A DNA stretch of 64,000 nt. It comes from an uncultured bacterium. GTDB taxonomy: Bacteria; Verrucomicrobiota; Verrucomicrobiia; Verrucomicrobiales; DEV007. The stretch spans positions 1 to 64,000 of the forward strand of contig CAXBMO010000011.1 of assembly GCA_963977015.1 (NCBI GenBank), written 5' to 3'. Of this stretch, positions 47,138 to 57,724 are shown in pieces (positions within the stretch are counted from its first letter, which is position 1; each line of letters opens with the position of its first letter). The notes under the pieces are model-generated. The model was not told the DNA's origin. It made no database searches and saw only the letters and a list, made by a program, of their open reading frames with translations. Both the position numbers and the translations under genes were made by a program.

Positions 47138-48592
47138 TTAGGAAAGCGCCACTTCCAGGTTTTTGCGAACCAGCCCTCCCATCGATTCGCAGGCATCGAA
47201 CGCGCTGGTCTCGTGGTAATCGTTCAGTCCGCTTCGCAGTTCTTTCACCTTGTCCGGGCTCGATAGCTCATCCTGCTCCATTCGCTCCAGTAGATCGTTG
47301 AGGCGTCGGCCTTCGGCTTGAACCCGGCGGCTGATGAGCGTCCGCTCCTCCTGCTGATACTGCTTCATTGTGGGGTAGTTCAACAGCTCCGTGCAGAGCC
47401 GGACAACCTGGTTGTTCTCCTTGAAGAACTGCGGGAGATACATCCGATTGTTCCCCTCGTAACTTTGTTGATCGAAGTCGATCGCGCGGACGCGATACTG
47501 CGTTTGCTCAAAGTCCGGCGTCATGTCGATGACGTAGTTGTAGCTTCGCATATCGCCAAGAAGCCGCACGAAACAGCGCTCGTTGAACTTCACGAACTCC
47601 TTGGCCAGGCGAACTTCATCGAGGCGCCCGGGGGCGACATGATCGCGAATGAAGACATCACCTGGAATCCCCGCGATGTGTTCCTCAATCAGCGTTCCCT
47701 GATTCACCAGGTAATTCACCTGGTTGGGGGAGAGCGTCTGCTCCAGCTCCAATCCGTAAATCCGGGACGAATCGGGCACTTTCACGTAAAAATGGTCGTA
47801 GTTGTCGTTGAACTGGTTCACGACCCGAACGCGAAAAGGCTTGGAGTTCCCGAACTCGCAGAAATCGACCCGCTCAATGTAAATGTGCTCGATCAGGAAG
47901 GGGTCGCCGGTTTTCAGTTGGGAGTAAATGCGGGCGAGCAGGCTGTTCAGGTCTTCCCTCCGCGTCATGTTGTAGGATACCGTGTCCCAAAGCGTGTCGT
48001 TGCCATCGCGATCCGAGCAGGCGAAGGATGATTCGAATTCACGGAGCTTGTCATAGATCGGAGGCAGGTCCGATCCGCGTCCGTACTCGACGAGGTATTC
48101 CCACAAATGATCGGAAATTTGGAAAAACGGCTTTCGGTGAGAGATTTGGTTAAACCCGTCTCGCGCCGCTTGATCGGGAGCGGCGTGAATGGGTTTGTCC
48201 GACTCCTCGGTTCGTTTCCAGACCGTGGAATACATGGCATAGATTTCGTCGGCCGCGCCCTTGTCCCGCTGGGGTTCCCACTCCTCCTTGTCGAGCCAAA
48301 TCCCGCCGCAATGGATGCAGCGGTCGACATGAAACGCCAAATCCCGACCCACGTTTGCCCTGACCAGGAGGTGGCGACATTCCGGACAGGTAAAGGCTTT
48401 CTTGCTATCGGTGGACGGCACCGCGGGTTCGCGATCTTGCTCGGGGAGGATGGTTTCGCCGCGATCGCTGACCCAGCGCCAATATTGGAACGACGGGATC
48501 CAATGCCCTTCGCATGCCCGGCATTGACGGGCGACGAGGCCGTGTTCGAGATCGATGCGTCGGGTTTTGGCTTTGCAGGCGGGGCACTTCAT
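47138..48592 (-). CDS. Double zinc-ribbon (zf-TFIIB-like) fused to a PI3K/HipA-like kinase-fold domain
   Basis: CPAC, CRAC, CPEC and CIHC with GGIWLD; FYVK, GDMRSYN and AIDFD motifs. Confidence 0.7.
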   Translation of the reverse strand: MKCPACKAKTRRIDLEHGLVARQCRACEGHWIPSFQYWRWVSDRGETILPEQDREPAVPSTDSKKAFTCPECRHLLVRANVGRDLAFHVDRCIHCGGIWLDKEEWEPQRDKGAADEIYAMYSTVWKRTEESDKPIHAAPDQAARDGFNQISHRKPFFQISDHLWEYLVEYGRGSDLPPIYDKLREFESSFACSDRDGNDTLWDTVSYNMTRREDLNSLLARIYSQLKTGDPFLIEHIYIERVDFCEFGNSKPFRVRVVNQFNDNYDHFYVKVPDSSRIYGLELEQTLSPNQVNYLVNQGTLIEEHIAGIPGDVFIRDHVAPGRLDEVRLAKEFVKFNERCFVRLLGDMRSYNYVIDMTPDFEQTQYRVRAIDFDQQSYEGNNRMYLPQFFKENNQVVRLCTELLNYPTMKQYQQEERTLISRRVQAEGRRLNDLLERMEQDELSSPDKVKELRSGLNDYHETSAFDACESMGGLVRKNLEVALS

Positions 48593-48875
48593 AGCGTGGA
48601 GTGGGCGGAAACCGCATTCAAAACCGCGTTTGCGCGCACGATTTTCGCCTGTGCGGCAACTTAGCAAAGGTTAGGCGGCCCGAAAATGAATTTCACGAAG
48701 CAGAATTGCGAAAATTTATGAAATATGAGAACTATTTTTGTGGCCACCTCTAGGTACCAGAGGTATTAGAACATGAACCAAGGAAAGGAGGTTGCCAGAA
48801 TCGAGCTTTCTGCGCATCTCTTCGCTTTTCATTCACCAGAACAACACCGATTTCCACCCGAACCACTTCTTTATC

Positions 48876-50141
48876 ATGTTCCAAGGAACTCAATCTGCAT
48901 CACCCGCTGTCGATGGTCTTCAACTGCCCGGACTTCTCGCGCAAGAAATGTTCGACCTTAGCCAACTGGAAAAAGTTGAAGCTTGGATAAACACGCTGGG
49001 TTTTGGCGACTTTGGCCCTTGGCTCAGCGCAGGCATGATCCTGTTTTTCGGCTTTATCGTTTGTTGGGTGATTCAGAAAATTGTCGAAGGAATTCTCCAC
49101 CACACTGAGCTGGATGAGAAAATCGCCGATGCCTTGGGCGTATCCAACGCGAACACGGAGCGGGCGTTCGGCACCTTCCTGTTTTGGTTCCTGATGCTTT
49201 TTGTCGTGATGGCCGCCATCAGCGCGGCGGAGTTGGGCGAGAACGTAACGCGTCCGCTCGAAAACATGCTCGCCGAGGTCACGACCTTCCTGCCGAAACT
49301 GCTTGGTGCAGGATTACTCGCGTTTGTTGCCTTCGCGGTCGCCACGATCGTGAAGAAGATCCTGGTCGGAATTTTGACGGCGACGCGGATTGACGAGCGT
49401 TTGGGACTGGGATCGGATCGACCACTGACGACGGCCATTACGACGATCGTCTTTTTCCTCATCATTTTGACGATCCTGCAGGGCGCGATCGAGACGCTTG
49501 GAATTCAGAGTATTTCAGAGGCGATCAACCCGATGATCCAGACGATTTTGAGCTACGTGCCCATTCTGTTTGGTGGCGCCGTGGTTCTGGCGCTCGGCAT
49601 ATTCCTGGCCTCGATCGTGAACAAGGCTTTGGGATCGACCCTGGCGGCGGCTGGCATTGACCGGATTCCCATGCGGCTCGGTTACGACGAGGAGATTCGG
49701 TTTCTCGGCCGTCCGCTTTCCGAGATGATCGCAAAGATCGTCGCCCTGACCATCATCGTGGTGATGGTGAAGCAGTCCATCAACATCATGAATCTCGTCG
49801 AGCTCAAAATCGTGGCGGACAAAATTCTCGACGTTTGGGGTGGGATCGTGATTTTCCTCGTCGGCGTTTTCGTTGCCGGCATGGCGAAGAAGGCCATCTC
49901 GAATCAGGTTTGGCGCGATGTCGCTTACTACGGCATTCTCGTCTTTGTCGGCGGGATGGCGCTGCAGGCGGCCAACCTCACGACCCTGAGTGATACCACG
50001 ATCCAGTATCTGATGCAGGGCGCGATCATCGCAGCGGTTCTCGCCTTCGGAATTGGCGGCGGCATCGCCATTGGCCTCGGCGGTCGTTTCAAGGTCCAGA
50101 AGTACCTCGAAGACAAGCAACCGCCGACCAACTACGACTGA
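48876..50141 (+). CDS. Multi-pass membrane protein with repeated TM-helix units (CmpX/mechanosensitive-channel associated)
   Basis: Repeated (F/Y)(L/V)Px(L)xGA helices and C-terminal AFGIGG/GLGG. Start is uncertain (48792-48948). Confidence 0.75.
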   Translation: MFQGTQSASPAVDGLQLPGLLAQEMFDLSQLEKVEAWINTLGFGDFGPWLSAGMILFFGFIVCWVIQKIVEGILHHTELDEKIADALGVSNANTERAFGTFLFWFLMLFVVMAAISAAELGENVTRPLENMLAEVTTFLPKLLGAGLLAFVAFAVATIVKKILVGILTATRIDERLGLGSDRPLTTAITTIVFFLIILTILQGAIETLGIQSISEAINPMIQTILSYVPILFGGAVVLALGIFLASIVNKALGSTLAAAGIDRIPMRLGYDEEIRFLGRPLSEMIAKIVALTIIVVMVKQSINIMNLVELKIVADKILDVWGGIVIFLVGVFVAGMAKKAISNQVWRDVAYYGILVFVGGMALQAANLTTLSDTTIQYLMQGAIIAAVLAFGIGGGIAIGLGGRFKVQKYLEDKQPPTNYD

Positions 50142-50887
50142 TACGAGCGATCGACGTGGACGTAGCCACCATCGACGTGGATCAATTGTCCCGTGGTATG
50201 GCTCGAGCGCGGCGAAAGCAGAAAAACCGTCATTGCCGCGATCTCGTCCGTTGACGTCATTCGCGCTCCCAACGGAATCCGGGACTCGATCTCTGCTTTC
50301 CGGCTTTCCGGATCTTTCTGGGTTTGGAGCCAGTTCTCGTACATCGGCGTCCAGACCTCGGCCGGAATCACCGCATTGACCCGAACGTCGTCGTTCGCAA
50401 AATCCAGCGCCCATTCGCGGGTCAGGGCAATCAATCCGCCCTTCGCCGCTGCATACCCCGAAGTGCCACCCTGGCCGGTCATCGCGACTTTGCTCGCGAT
50501 ATTCACGATCGCGCCCTTCGACTGGCGTAACGCAGATGCCGCGTGATGGACGAGCCCGTAGGCCTGAACCAGATTTTTCTCCAGCGATTGGCGAAACGGC
50601 TCCGGACCAGCTTCAATCCCGACTCCATCATTGATCCCGGCGTTGTTCACGATTCCATCGATCAGGTCGAGCTTCTGAACTGCGGCGGAAACCTGGGAAT
50701 CGTTCGTCAAATCGCAGACCACAGCCTCGATCCCAAGCTCCGAAGCCAGGTGCTCGGACCGAACCTCGTCGCGATCCAGAATTATCGGTTGGGCGCCTTC
50801 CTCAACGAGCTGACGCACAATCGCCTCACCAATCCCCGAAGCGCCGCCCGTAACGAGGTAGACTTTGTTCGATACCAAGAGATCCAT
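50132..50887 (-). CDS. SDR family oxidoreductase (L-fucose dehydrogenase-like)
   Basis: TGGASGIG, NNAGIND, YAAAKG, IPAEVWTP, VDGGY. Confidence 0.9.
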   Translation of the reverse strand: MDLLVSNKVYLVTGGASGIGEAIVRQLVEEGAQPIILDRDEVRSEHLASELGIEAVVCDLTNDSQVSAAVQKLDLIDGIVNNAGINDGVGIEAGPEPFRQSLEKNLVQAYGLVHHAASALRQSKGAIVNIASKVAMTGQGGTSGYAAAKGGLIALTREWALDFANDDVRVNAVIPAEVWTPMYENWLQTQKDPESRKAEIESRIPLGARMTSTDEIAAMTVFLLSPRSSHTTGQLIHVDGGYVHVDRSYQS

Positions 50888-50989
50888 GATCCAAGCACGC
50901 CCAAAAGAGGCCGCTTCGAAACTCTTTTTCCTTGATCCTCGAAGGCCAGCCCCGGCTCCGCGAGCCCTGCCCATTCTCCTGTGGAGGGC

Positions 50990-51066
50990 AGTAAAACGGG
51001 GCTCCGTCCCGTTCTTTGGTCGAGCGGCGGAGTCTTTGCGGGAACGGGACAGAGCCCCGTTTTACT
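50990..51066. repeat. REP/MITE-like inverted repeat
   Basis: 25-bp arms at 50990-51014 and 51042-51066, one mismatch, 27-nt spacer. Confidence 0.8.
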
Positions 51067-51264
51067 CTTGAAGCTGGAACAACCGAAGACCATTTCATCG
51101 GCTGGAGCCTTGGCTGACCACCTGCGCGTTTTCGCAACTTCACCTTGCATGAAGCCCAAATTTGTTAATTTTGATGATCTATCAGGAATCTTAAATTGCG
51201 GATTCGGTCAGGATTTCCCGAATCGCTCTCACGTTCACCCCACTCACCCACGTTTCACTGACTC

Positions 51265-52164
51265 ATGCTCGAATTCTGCGTTCTCGGAAGTGGTAGTGCT
51301 GGCAACAGTTCCCTGGTTCGATCCGGGAAAACCACGCTTCTGATCGATGCGGGCCTGAGCGCGAAACAGTTGGTGTTGCGGATGCAGGAGGTCGGTGTCA
51401 ATCCCGATCACCTGGACGGGATCGTGCTGACCCATGAACACGGAGATCATACCCGCGGAATCGATGTGCTGTGTCGCAAGCGCAAGTTGGCGGTCTACTG
51501 CAACATCCGGACCCGGGAAGTGCTGCGTCCCAAAGTCGGGAGCGAGGTCTCCTGGCGGATGTTCGAGAGCGGCGATGCATTTCCGATCGGCGACATTCGG
51601 ATTCAGAGCTTTTACATTCCGCACGACGCGGTCGAACCGATGGGGTTCGTCTTCGTGAATGGAGCGGGACGGCTCGGCCTGGTCAGTGACATCGGCCACG
51701 TCACCACCTTGGTCAAAGATCACCTCTCCGGGGTCGATACGCTCTTCGTGGAGGCGAATTACGACGATTTGATGCTCCAGAACGACACGAAACGTCCCTG
51801 GTCGACCAAACAACGGATTTCCTCGCGTCATGGTCACCTCTCGAATGCCCAGGCGGCGGAGTTGGTCTCGGAAGTCGAAAGCGAGAAACTTCATCGCGTG
51901 GTGTTGGGTCACCTGAGCCGCGATTGCAACGCGCCCGACGTCGCTATCGGCGCGATTCGCAAGACGCTCGAACAGCAGAGTCGCGGTGATGTCAGCGTGG
52001 AGTGCGCGGGTCAGAATGAAGTGATTCCGTTTCAACCGGTGCGGAAAGGCGGAATGCCGGTTCCGGTTCAGATCGCCGAGGAAAAGGAGCCGGTTCGCCC
52101 GAAAGCTCCCGCAACGCCGATGAGTCCGTGGCAGGCTTCCCAGCAGTCGCTGTTCGACGTTTGA
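51265..52164 (+). CDS. MBL-fold metallo-hydrolase (YycJ/WalJ-like)
   Basis: GSGSAGN, THEHGDH, PHDA, EANYD, GHLSN, GHLS. Confidence 0.9.
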   Translation: MLEFCVLGSGSAGNSSLVRSGKTTLLIDAGLSAKQLVLRMQEVGVNPDHLDGIVLTHEHGDHTRGIDVLCRKRKLAVYCNIRTREVLRPKVGSEVSWRMFESGDAFPIGDIRIQSFYIPHDAVEPMGFVFVNGAGRLGLVSDIGHVTTLVKDHLSGVDTLFVEANYDDLMLQNDTKRPWSTKQRISSRHGHLSNAQAAELVSEVESEKLHRVVLGHLSRDCNAPDVAIGAIRKTLEQQSRGDVSVECAGQNEVIPFQPVRKGGMPVPVQIAEEKEPVRPKAPATPMSPWQASQQSLFDV

Positions 52165-52232
52165 AGCAGGGCGGCGCCAATCGAAAAGAGACCGGCTTGC
52201 GAATCGTGGAAGACGCGGGTTCACTGGTGTTG

Positions 52233-53693
52233 ATGAAAAAACTCCTCTTCGCTCTTTCGCTGGTTTTTCTGGCGATCAATTTTGGCGCGGCTGCTGACCG
52301 CCCGAATATCATTTTCATCATGTGCGATGACCTCGGATATGGTGACGTCCAGTGTCTCGCGCCTGAAACGAGCAAGATCGCGACTCCGCATACGGATCAG
52401 CTTGCTGCGGAGGGGATGATTTTCACGGACGCGCACTCCGGTTCGTCGGTTTGCACCCCAACGCGCTATGGACTGATGACGGGGCGCTACAGTTGGCGGA
52501 CCCGGCTGCAAAAGGGCGTCGTCACCGGTTTCGCGCCCTGCTTGATCGACGAGGATCGCCCAACGGTGGCGAGTTTCCTCAAGGCCCAGGGCTATCACAC
52601 CGGAATCGTCGGGAAGTGGCACCTGGATTTCGAGTATCTCGATCCCACCTCCGGAAAACGCTACTCCCCGAAGCAGCACAAGTCTCCTCCGGTCGGTGCG
52701 AAGATTCCGGATGGCCCGATTCATCGCGGGTTTGACTATTTTCACGGATTTCATCACGCGCGAAACATGGAGGCGGTCATCGAGAATGATGAGGTGATCG
52801 CTCACGATCCGGAGGAGAACATGTTGCCGCGACTGACCAAAAAATCGGTGGAATACATCGCCTCGCGCGCCGGGAAAGAGGAGCCGTTTTTCCTTTATGT
52901 GCCGCTCGGTTCGCCGCACACGCCGATTGTTCCGACCGAAGACTGGAAGGGAAAAAGCGGGTTGGGCTCCTATGGTGATTTCGTGATGCAGACCGATAAC
53001 GTGGTGGGAGAAATCTCTGCGGCGTTGCAGGAGCATGGTTTGGCGGACAACACGTTGGTGATTTTCACGAGCGACAATGGGTGCTCCAAAGCGGCAGATA
53101 TCAAGGGGCTCGCGGAGCAGGGCCATATCGTGAGTGCCCATTTGCGGGGATCCAAAGCGGATATCTGGGACGGCGGGCATCGCGTGCCGTTTATTGTGCG
53201 CTGGCCGGGCAAGGTCGAGGCTGGTTCCCTGAACGATCAGCTCATTTGCCTGGTCGATTTCTTCGCGACGCTTGGTGATCTTCTCGACGAAGATATACCG
53301 GCGGGAAGTGCTGAGGACAGCGTCAGTTTTTTGCCTGCTCTTTCCAATCAGCCGATTGTTTCGACTCGGGCGGGAGTGATCCACCACTCCTACAGCGGGC
53401 ACTTCGCCTACCGGCAGGGCAAGTGGAAGCTCGTCTTGGCCCGGGGATCCGGAGGGTGGAGCTCGCCCAATGAGAAGCAGATGCCCAAGGATGCTCCCAA
53501 GGCTCAACTCTACGACATGGAGAATGACATCGGAGAGACGACCAATCTTTACGAGAGCCAGCCGGAGACGGCTGACCGTTTGCTCAAGCAACTTGTCGCT
53601 GATGTCGAAAGCGGACGAAGCACCGACGGTCCGCCATCATCCAATGATGTCGAGAAGATCAATCTGTGGAAGAGCGAACGGGCGAAGAAGTGA
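52233..53693 (+). CDS. Arylsulfatase (Cys type)
   Basis: DDLGYGD, CTPTRYGLMTG, GKWHL, SDNG, signal peptide. Confidence 0.93.
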   Translation: MKKLLFALSLVFLAINFGAAADRPNIIFIMCDDLGYGDVQCLAPETSKIATPHTDQLAAEGMIFTDAHSGSSVCTPTRYGLMTGRYSWRTRLQKGVVTGFAPCLIDEDRPTVASFLKAQGYHTGIVGKWHLDFEYLDPTSGKRYSPKQHKSPPVGAKIPDGPIHRGFDYFHGFHHARNMEAVIENDEVIAHDPEENMLPRLTKKSVEYIASRAGKEEPFFLYVPLGSPHTPIVPTEDWKGKSGLGSYGDFVMQTDNVVGEISAALQEHGLADNTLVIFTSDNGCSKAADIKGLAEQGHIVSAHLRGSKADIWDGGHRVPFIVRWPGKVEAGSLNDQLICLVDFFATLGDLLDEDIPAGSAEDSVSFLPALSNQPIVSTRAGVIHHSYSGHFAYRQGKWKLVLARGSGGWSSPNEKQMPKDAPKAQLYDMENDIGETTNLYESQPETADRLLKQLVADVESGRSTDGPPSSNDVEKINLWKSERAKK

Positions 53694-53726
53694 TTCCCAA
53701 CCCCTGCACTGAACCCTATCACGACC

Positions 53727-54659
53727 ATGGCAACGAAGTTTGAAATTCGCCCGATGACCGAAGCCGACTGGGATGAAGTCGGCGAACTCATCTATCTCTC
53801 GACCAACTACTGGTATGAAGCGAACGGACGTTCGCGGATCTTCGGTTGCGACCCGAAAGAGGCACAACTGTTCTGCCGGGTTTACGAGGATCTCGACCCG
53901 GGATGTTGTCTGCTCGCGATTCACCCGGATTCGAAACGCATCATCGGTTCCTGCTTTTATCACCCGCGGGAGACTCATGTTTCGTTGGGCATCATGAATG
54001 TTCACCCGAATCATTTCGGGGCGAAAGTCGCGGGCGGGTTGCTCGAGGAAATCATCTCTCTTGCGGGATCGCAGAATCTCCCGGTGCGTCTCGTTTCGAG
54101 CGCGATGAATTTGGATTCGTTTTCGCTCTACACGAAGAGAGGCTTTCGCTCGATTCGGTCCTTTCAGGACATGTTCGTATCGGTTCCCGGGGATGGATTG
54201 AAGAATCTGCCCCCGGCCCAAACCGTGCGCGAAGCGACGCTCGATGATGTTCCTGCGATGGTGCAGTTGGAAGAAGAGTTGACCGGAATTCGTCGGGCGA
54301 AGGATTATCGATATTTCATCGAGAACCGGCTGGGAATCTGGCATACCTCGGTGTCGACCGATGCAACATCGGGGAAAATCGACGGTTTTCTCAGTTCCGT
54401 CACCCATCCCGCGAGCAATATGTTGGGGCCCGGTTGTGCCAGGACTTCGCAAGCGGCGTTCGACCTGATCGTCGCCGAACTGGATCGTCAGCGGGGCCGT
54501 TCTCCGGTTTTCCTCGTGCCAACCGATGATCAGCAACTGGCTTCCGCTCTCTACGCGATCGGAGCGCGCAATTGCGAACTCCATTTTGCGCAGGTTTGTG
54601 GCGAAACGCAGCCCAGCGCGGGCGTGGTGATGCCCACATTCATGCCTGAAACGGGATAG
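53727..54659 (+). CDS. GNAT family N-acetyltransferase
   Basis: IRPMTEAD, VHPNHFGAKVA acetyl-CoA-binding-like motif, LYTKRGF. Confidence 0.8.
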   Translation: MATKFEIRPMTEADWDEVGELIYLSTNYWYEANGRSRIFGCDPKEAQLFCRVYEDLDPGCCLLAIHPDSKRIIGSCFYHPRETHVSLGIMNVHPNHFGAKVAGGLLEEIISLAGSQNLPVRLVSSAMNLDSFSLYTKRGFRSIRSFQDMFVSVPGDGLKNLPPAQTVREATLDDVPAMVQLEEELTGIRRAKDYRYFIENRLGIWHTSVSTDATSGKIDGFLSSVTHPASNMLGPGCARTSQAAFDLIVAELDRQRGRSPVFLVPTDDQQLASALYAIGARNCELHFAQVCGETQPSAGVVMPTFMPETG

Positions 54660-54708
54660 TCGGCTTTTTTCCTTTTCTCGATCCTCAAATCCTCCTAGAT
54701 TCACTACA

Positions 54709-55290
54709 ATGGATGGTCGCAGCAGTGCAGATACTTTTCTGGAAAAGAATCGAGAGATTGTTTGCCACGCCAGCGCCATGGCCGATCAGAAGGCCAGTAT
54801 TATTCTGGGATCAGAATTCATTATACTAACCATCATCATCACCGGAATCTGGGTGCCGCAATACGATGCCGCTACGGGAACGGTTTCCCTCCAAACGGGG
54901 GCCGAGCAGATTCCGATCTGGAGTCTCACGCTGTTTTTCTCGATTCTGGTCTCCGTAGCCTTCTCCCTGATTGTGCTAATGCCCAAGTTGGGACCGAACC
55001 GAAGGAAAAGGGTCGTGAAACGAGGAAGTCTGCTTTTCTTCTCTTCAATTGCGGAGATGAACAAGGATGACTACATCAATGAAATGAAGAAGGTGCTGGC
55101 GGATGATGAGTTGATTTACGAAACCATCCTTGGAGATATCTACAATGAATCACGAGTCTTGCGCTACAAGAAATACCACTACCTGAAGCTGAGCTACCTC
55201 ACCTTGATGGTCGGAATCATTCTTACGATGATCGTTTTCTCCGTCGAGCATTTCAACATCATTGATTTGCTGCCCAAGCTACCCCTTTGA
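54709..55290 (+). CDS. Pycsar-effector-like (DUF5706) membrane protein
   Basis: ADQKASII, three hydrophobic segments, SLLFFSSIA, KKYHYLKLSY pattern. Confidence 0.75.
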   Translation: MDGRSSADTFLEKNREIVCHASAMADQKASIILGSEFIILTIIITGIWVPQYDAATGTVSLQTGAEQIPIWSLTLFFSILVSVAFSLIVLMPKLGPNRRKRVVKRGSLLFFSSIAEMNKDDYINEMKKVLADDELIYETILGDIYNESRVLRYKKYHYLKLSYLTLMVGIILTMIVFSVEHFNIIDLLPKLPL

Positions 55291-55354
55291 TTTTGCAAAT
55301 GATTGGGTTTCGAAGCTCTGATGATTGTGGTTCTCTCATCAGATTTTAAGAGCA

Positions 55355-56755
55355 ATGTCAGACTTCACCATTGATACCAGGCCGACGCTGGACTTTCACG
55401 AGCGATTGAAGGAAATCGCGTTGAACGATACAGATTCCCTGCATCGGGCATTGCTGCAGTCCAATGATGAGATGGCCCGCTTTGGCGATAGTGGATTGGA
55501 CAGCAAACAGATTCTGGATGCTGCATTGACCGCTTTTTTGTTGGATCAAGCCGGAGTCCGGACGCTCTACCAGTTCGCGACGACGCTGCATAATCTGGTC
55601 GAAAAGACTCTCAATTACGTCATCGATTCGCCGGAGCTTCTGCGAACCCATTTTCCCAGCCATGAGCGGATCTTTCCCCACCTGAAGAAGACCGCCGGAA
55701 CCGGGAATTGGCAGGTCATCTCGCGATGCGATTTGGCCATCACACCAGGCGGGGGCATCAAAGTGATGGAGTTGAACAACGGTTGTCCCGGTGGGTATAT
55801 CGTCTCCCGGCACTTGATCGAACCCTCCAAGCACGCTCTGCGGCGGTTTGGGTTTGGCGAGGAGATTGCGGGGTGGTCGTCCGTCACGGTCGAGCCCAAC
55901 GCAATTGTCGACACGCTTCTCAAGTTGGAAACCAAGGCCGGGATTGAGCCCGGCGTCATTGGAATTCTGTATGACGAGAATGAGTTGAAGTTTGAGCTCG
56001 ATGAGTTGGCGCGCGAGTTCGAAAAATCGGGACGGGTGGCGAAGGTGGCCGATGCTCGTAAACTTGAGTATCGGGACGGAAAGCTTTTTGACGGCGCCGA
56101 TTACCTTTCGGCAACCTACAACAAGTTCCGGGTGAGCACGCCGGACAGCCCGAATCATTGCTGGAAAGCGGGATTCGAAGAACGGTATCCGGCTTATCTG
56201 AGGGCGCAGGATGAAGGCGTGGTGGTTACGATCAACAATCTTTGCGGAATGACGATCGCGGAAGACAAAGGTCTGCTCGCCTTGCTGCGGCGTCCGGAAT
56301 TTCAGGAATTGATGTCTCCAGAAGAGCAGGCTCTCGTGCAACATAGCGTGCTTTGGACTGAGCGCCTTGAAGATCGGGAGGTGGAAATTGATGGAGCAAT
56401 GACCAATGTCCTGGAGCATGTGAGGACGAACAAAGATCGTTATGTCATCAAGCCGGCAAATGAGGGGCGCGGCTTTGGAGTCGTGATTGGGAAATCCGCG
56501 ACACAGGAAACGTGGGACGAAGCCTGTAAACTGAATCCGGAGTTGCCGTGCATTGTTCAGGAATACGTCGAGCTGATCTCGATGCCGGTCGGGAACGTGC
56601 GGAGCGGGAAATTTGCGATTGATCCGATGCACCTCACGCTGGCAGTTGCGAATGCAGACGGCACTCCGCATGGCTTGGTGTGCCGGATTTCGAGCGAGTT
56701 GGTGACCAACGTTTCCCAATGCGGATTTGGTCAGGCAGCTTTCCAGTTGAGCTAA
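55355..56755 (+). CDS. Circularly permuted ATP-grasp / glutathionylspermidine-synthase-like amide ligase
   Basis: RCD...KVMELN...GG, EDK, YVIKPANEGRGFGV, IVQEYV, VTNVSQ. Confidence 0.75.
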   Translation: MSDFTIDTRPTLDFHERLKEIALNDTDSLHRALLQSNDEMARFGDSGLDSKQILDAALTAFLLDQAGVRTLYQFATTLHNLVEKTLNYVIDSPELLRTHFPSHERIFPHLKKTAGTGNWQVISRCDLAITPGGGIKVMELNNGCPGGYIVSRHLIEPSKHALRRFGFGEEIAGWSSVTVEPNAIVDTLLKLETKAGIEPGVIGILYDENELKFELDELAREFEKSGRVAKVADARKLEYRDGKLFDGADYLSATYNKFRVSTPDSPNHCWKAGFEERYPAYLRAQDEGVVVTINNLCGMTIAEDKGLLALLRRPEFQELMSPEEQALVQHSVLWTERLEDREVEIDGAMTNVLEHVRTNKDRYVIKPANEGRGFGVVIGKSATQETWDEACKLNPELPCIVQEYVELISMPVGNVRSGKFAIDPMHLTLAVANADGTPHGLVCRISSELVTNVSQCGFGQAAFQLS

Positions 56756-56756
56756 A

Positions 56757-57719
56757 CTAAGCCGAAGGCTCCGTCGGCGAGGGCTCGGGCGGGCTGCCCT
56801 TCAGCACGAAGTAGAGTCCGGCGCAGACCAACAACAAGGAAGTCAGCGCAAAATGGGAAACCGGCTCTTTGAGGATCACCGATCCCAGGATGACGCCAAG
56901 TGGCGGGGTGAAGAGCCGGAATACGTTGAGTTGGTTGGCGGAGAATTTGGAGAGAAGAAAGAGCCAAATCAGGAATCCCATCGCTGAGACGACCAAACCT
57001 TGATAAACCATTCCTCCCACGACCGCAGAACTCAAGATCATCGGTTCACCGGATTCCTTGAACAACGCGATGACGCCAAAAATCGCGACGGCAGCGGCTC
57101 CATCCCAGAACGCCAATTTGACGGGATGCATGTGTTCCAGGATTCGTTTCATAACTACGATCTTGGTTCCAACGAAGAAAGCTGCACCAACGACCATGAT
57201 GTTTCCCAGGAGCGAGCCGGATGCCGGGTGTTCGTTGCCCTCAAGAACAAGGAGGGGAATCCCGGAAAATGCGATCGCGATTCCCAGTACAATCCGGGCG
57301 GTGAGCCGGTGCCCTTTCAGAATGAAATGACCGGCAAACGCCGCGAAAAAGGGAAACGAATTGATGAGAATGGTGCTGTGGACGCTGGTCGTTGCACGCG
57401 TTCCCAGCGTAAACAGGCAAATCTGGGTGCACAGGAGAAACCCGCTCAGCATCAGGGCTTTCCATTCATTCCCAACGGGTTTCAGGCCCACGCGGAGTAC
57501 GCGGGAGACCAGGTAGACGATTGGCAGCGCCATCAGAAAGCGCAGCGCCATGATCGTGATGGGCGGAATGCCCTCTAGCGCGACTTTGACGGCTACCGAT
57601 TGCCCGGCCCAGATCGCGGCACACCCCAGAGCCGCGAGTGCCGCCCACCATGCCAACTTGCGCACGACGATCGTCTCCTGGTCTTTAAGGTTGTCTACTT
57701 GATCAATCGGGACTGACAC
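56757..57719 (-). CDS. DMT/EamA family transporter
   Basis: About 10 TM segments, IWAG...AVK...PP...RF, repeated halves, ILKEPV. Confidence 0.9.
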   Translation of the reverse strand: MSVPIDQVDNLKDQETIVVRKLAWWAALAALGCAAIWAGQSVAVKVALEGIPPITIMALRFLMALPIVYLVSRVLRVGLKPVGNEWKALMLSGFLLCTQICLFTLGTRATTSVHSTILINSFPFFAAFAGHFILKGHRLTARIVLGIAIAFSGIPLLVLEGNEHPASGSLLGNIMVVGAAFFVGTKIVVMKRILEHMHPVKLAFWDGAAAVAIFGVIALFKESGEPMILSSAVVGGMVYQGLVVSAMGFLIWLFLLSKFSANQLNVFRLFTPPLGVILGSVILKEPVSHFALTSLLLVCAGLYFVLKGSPPEPSPTEPSA

Positions 57720-57724
57720 CAGCT

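Noticed and set aside
52221-56719. Minus-strand ORFs 52221-53591, 53637-54779 and 55358-56719
   Set aside because: Antisense shadows of the arylsulfatase, GNAT and ATP-grasp genes.
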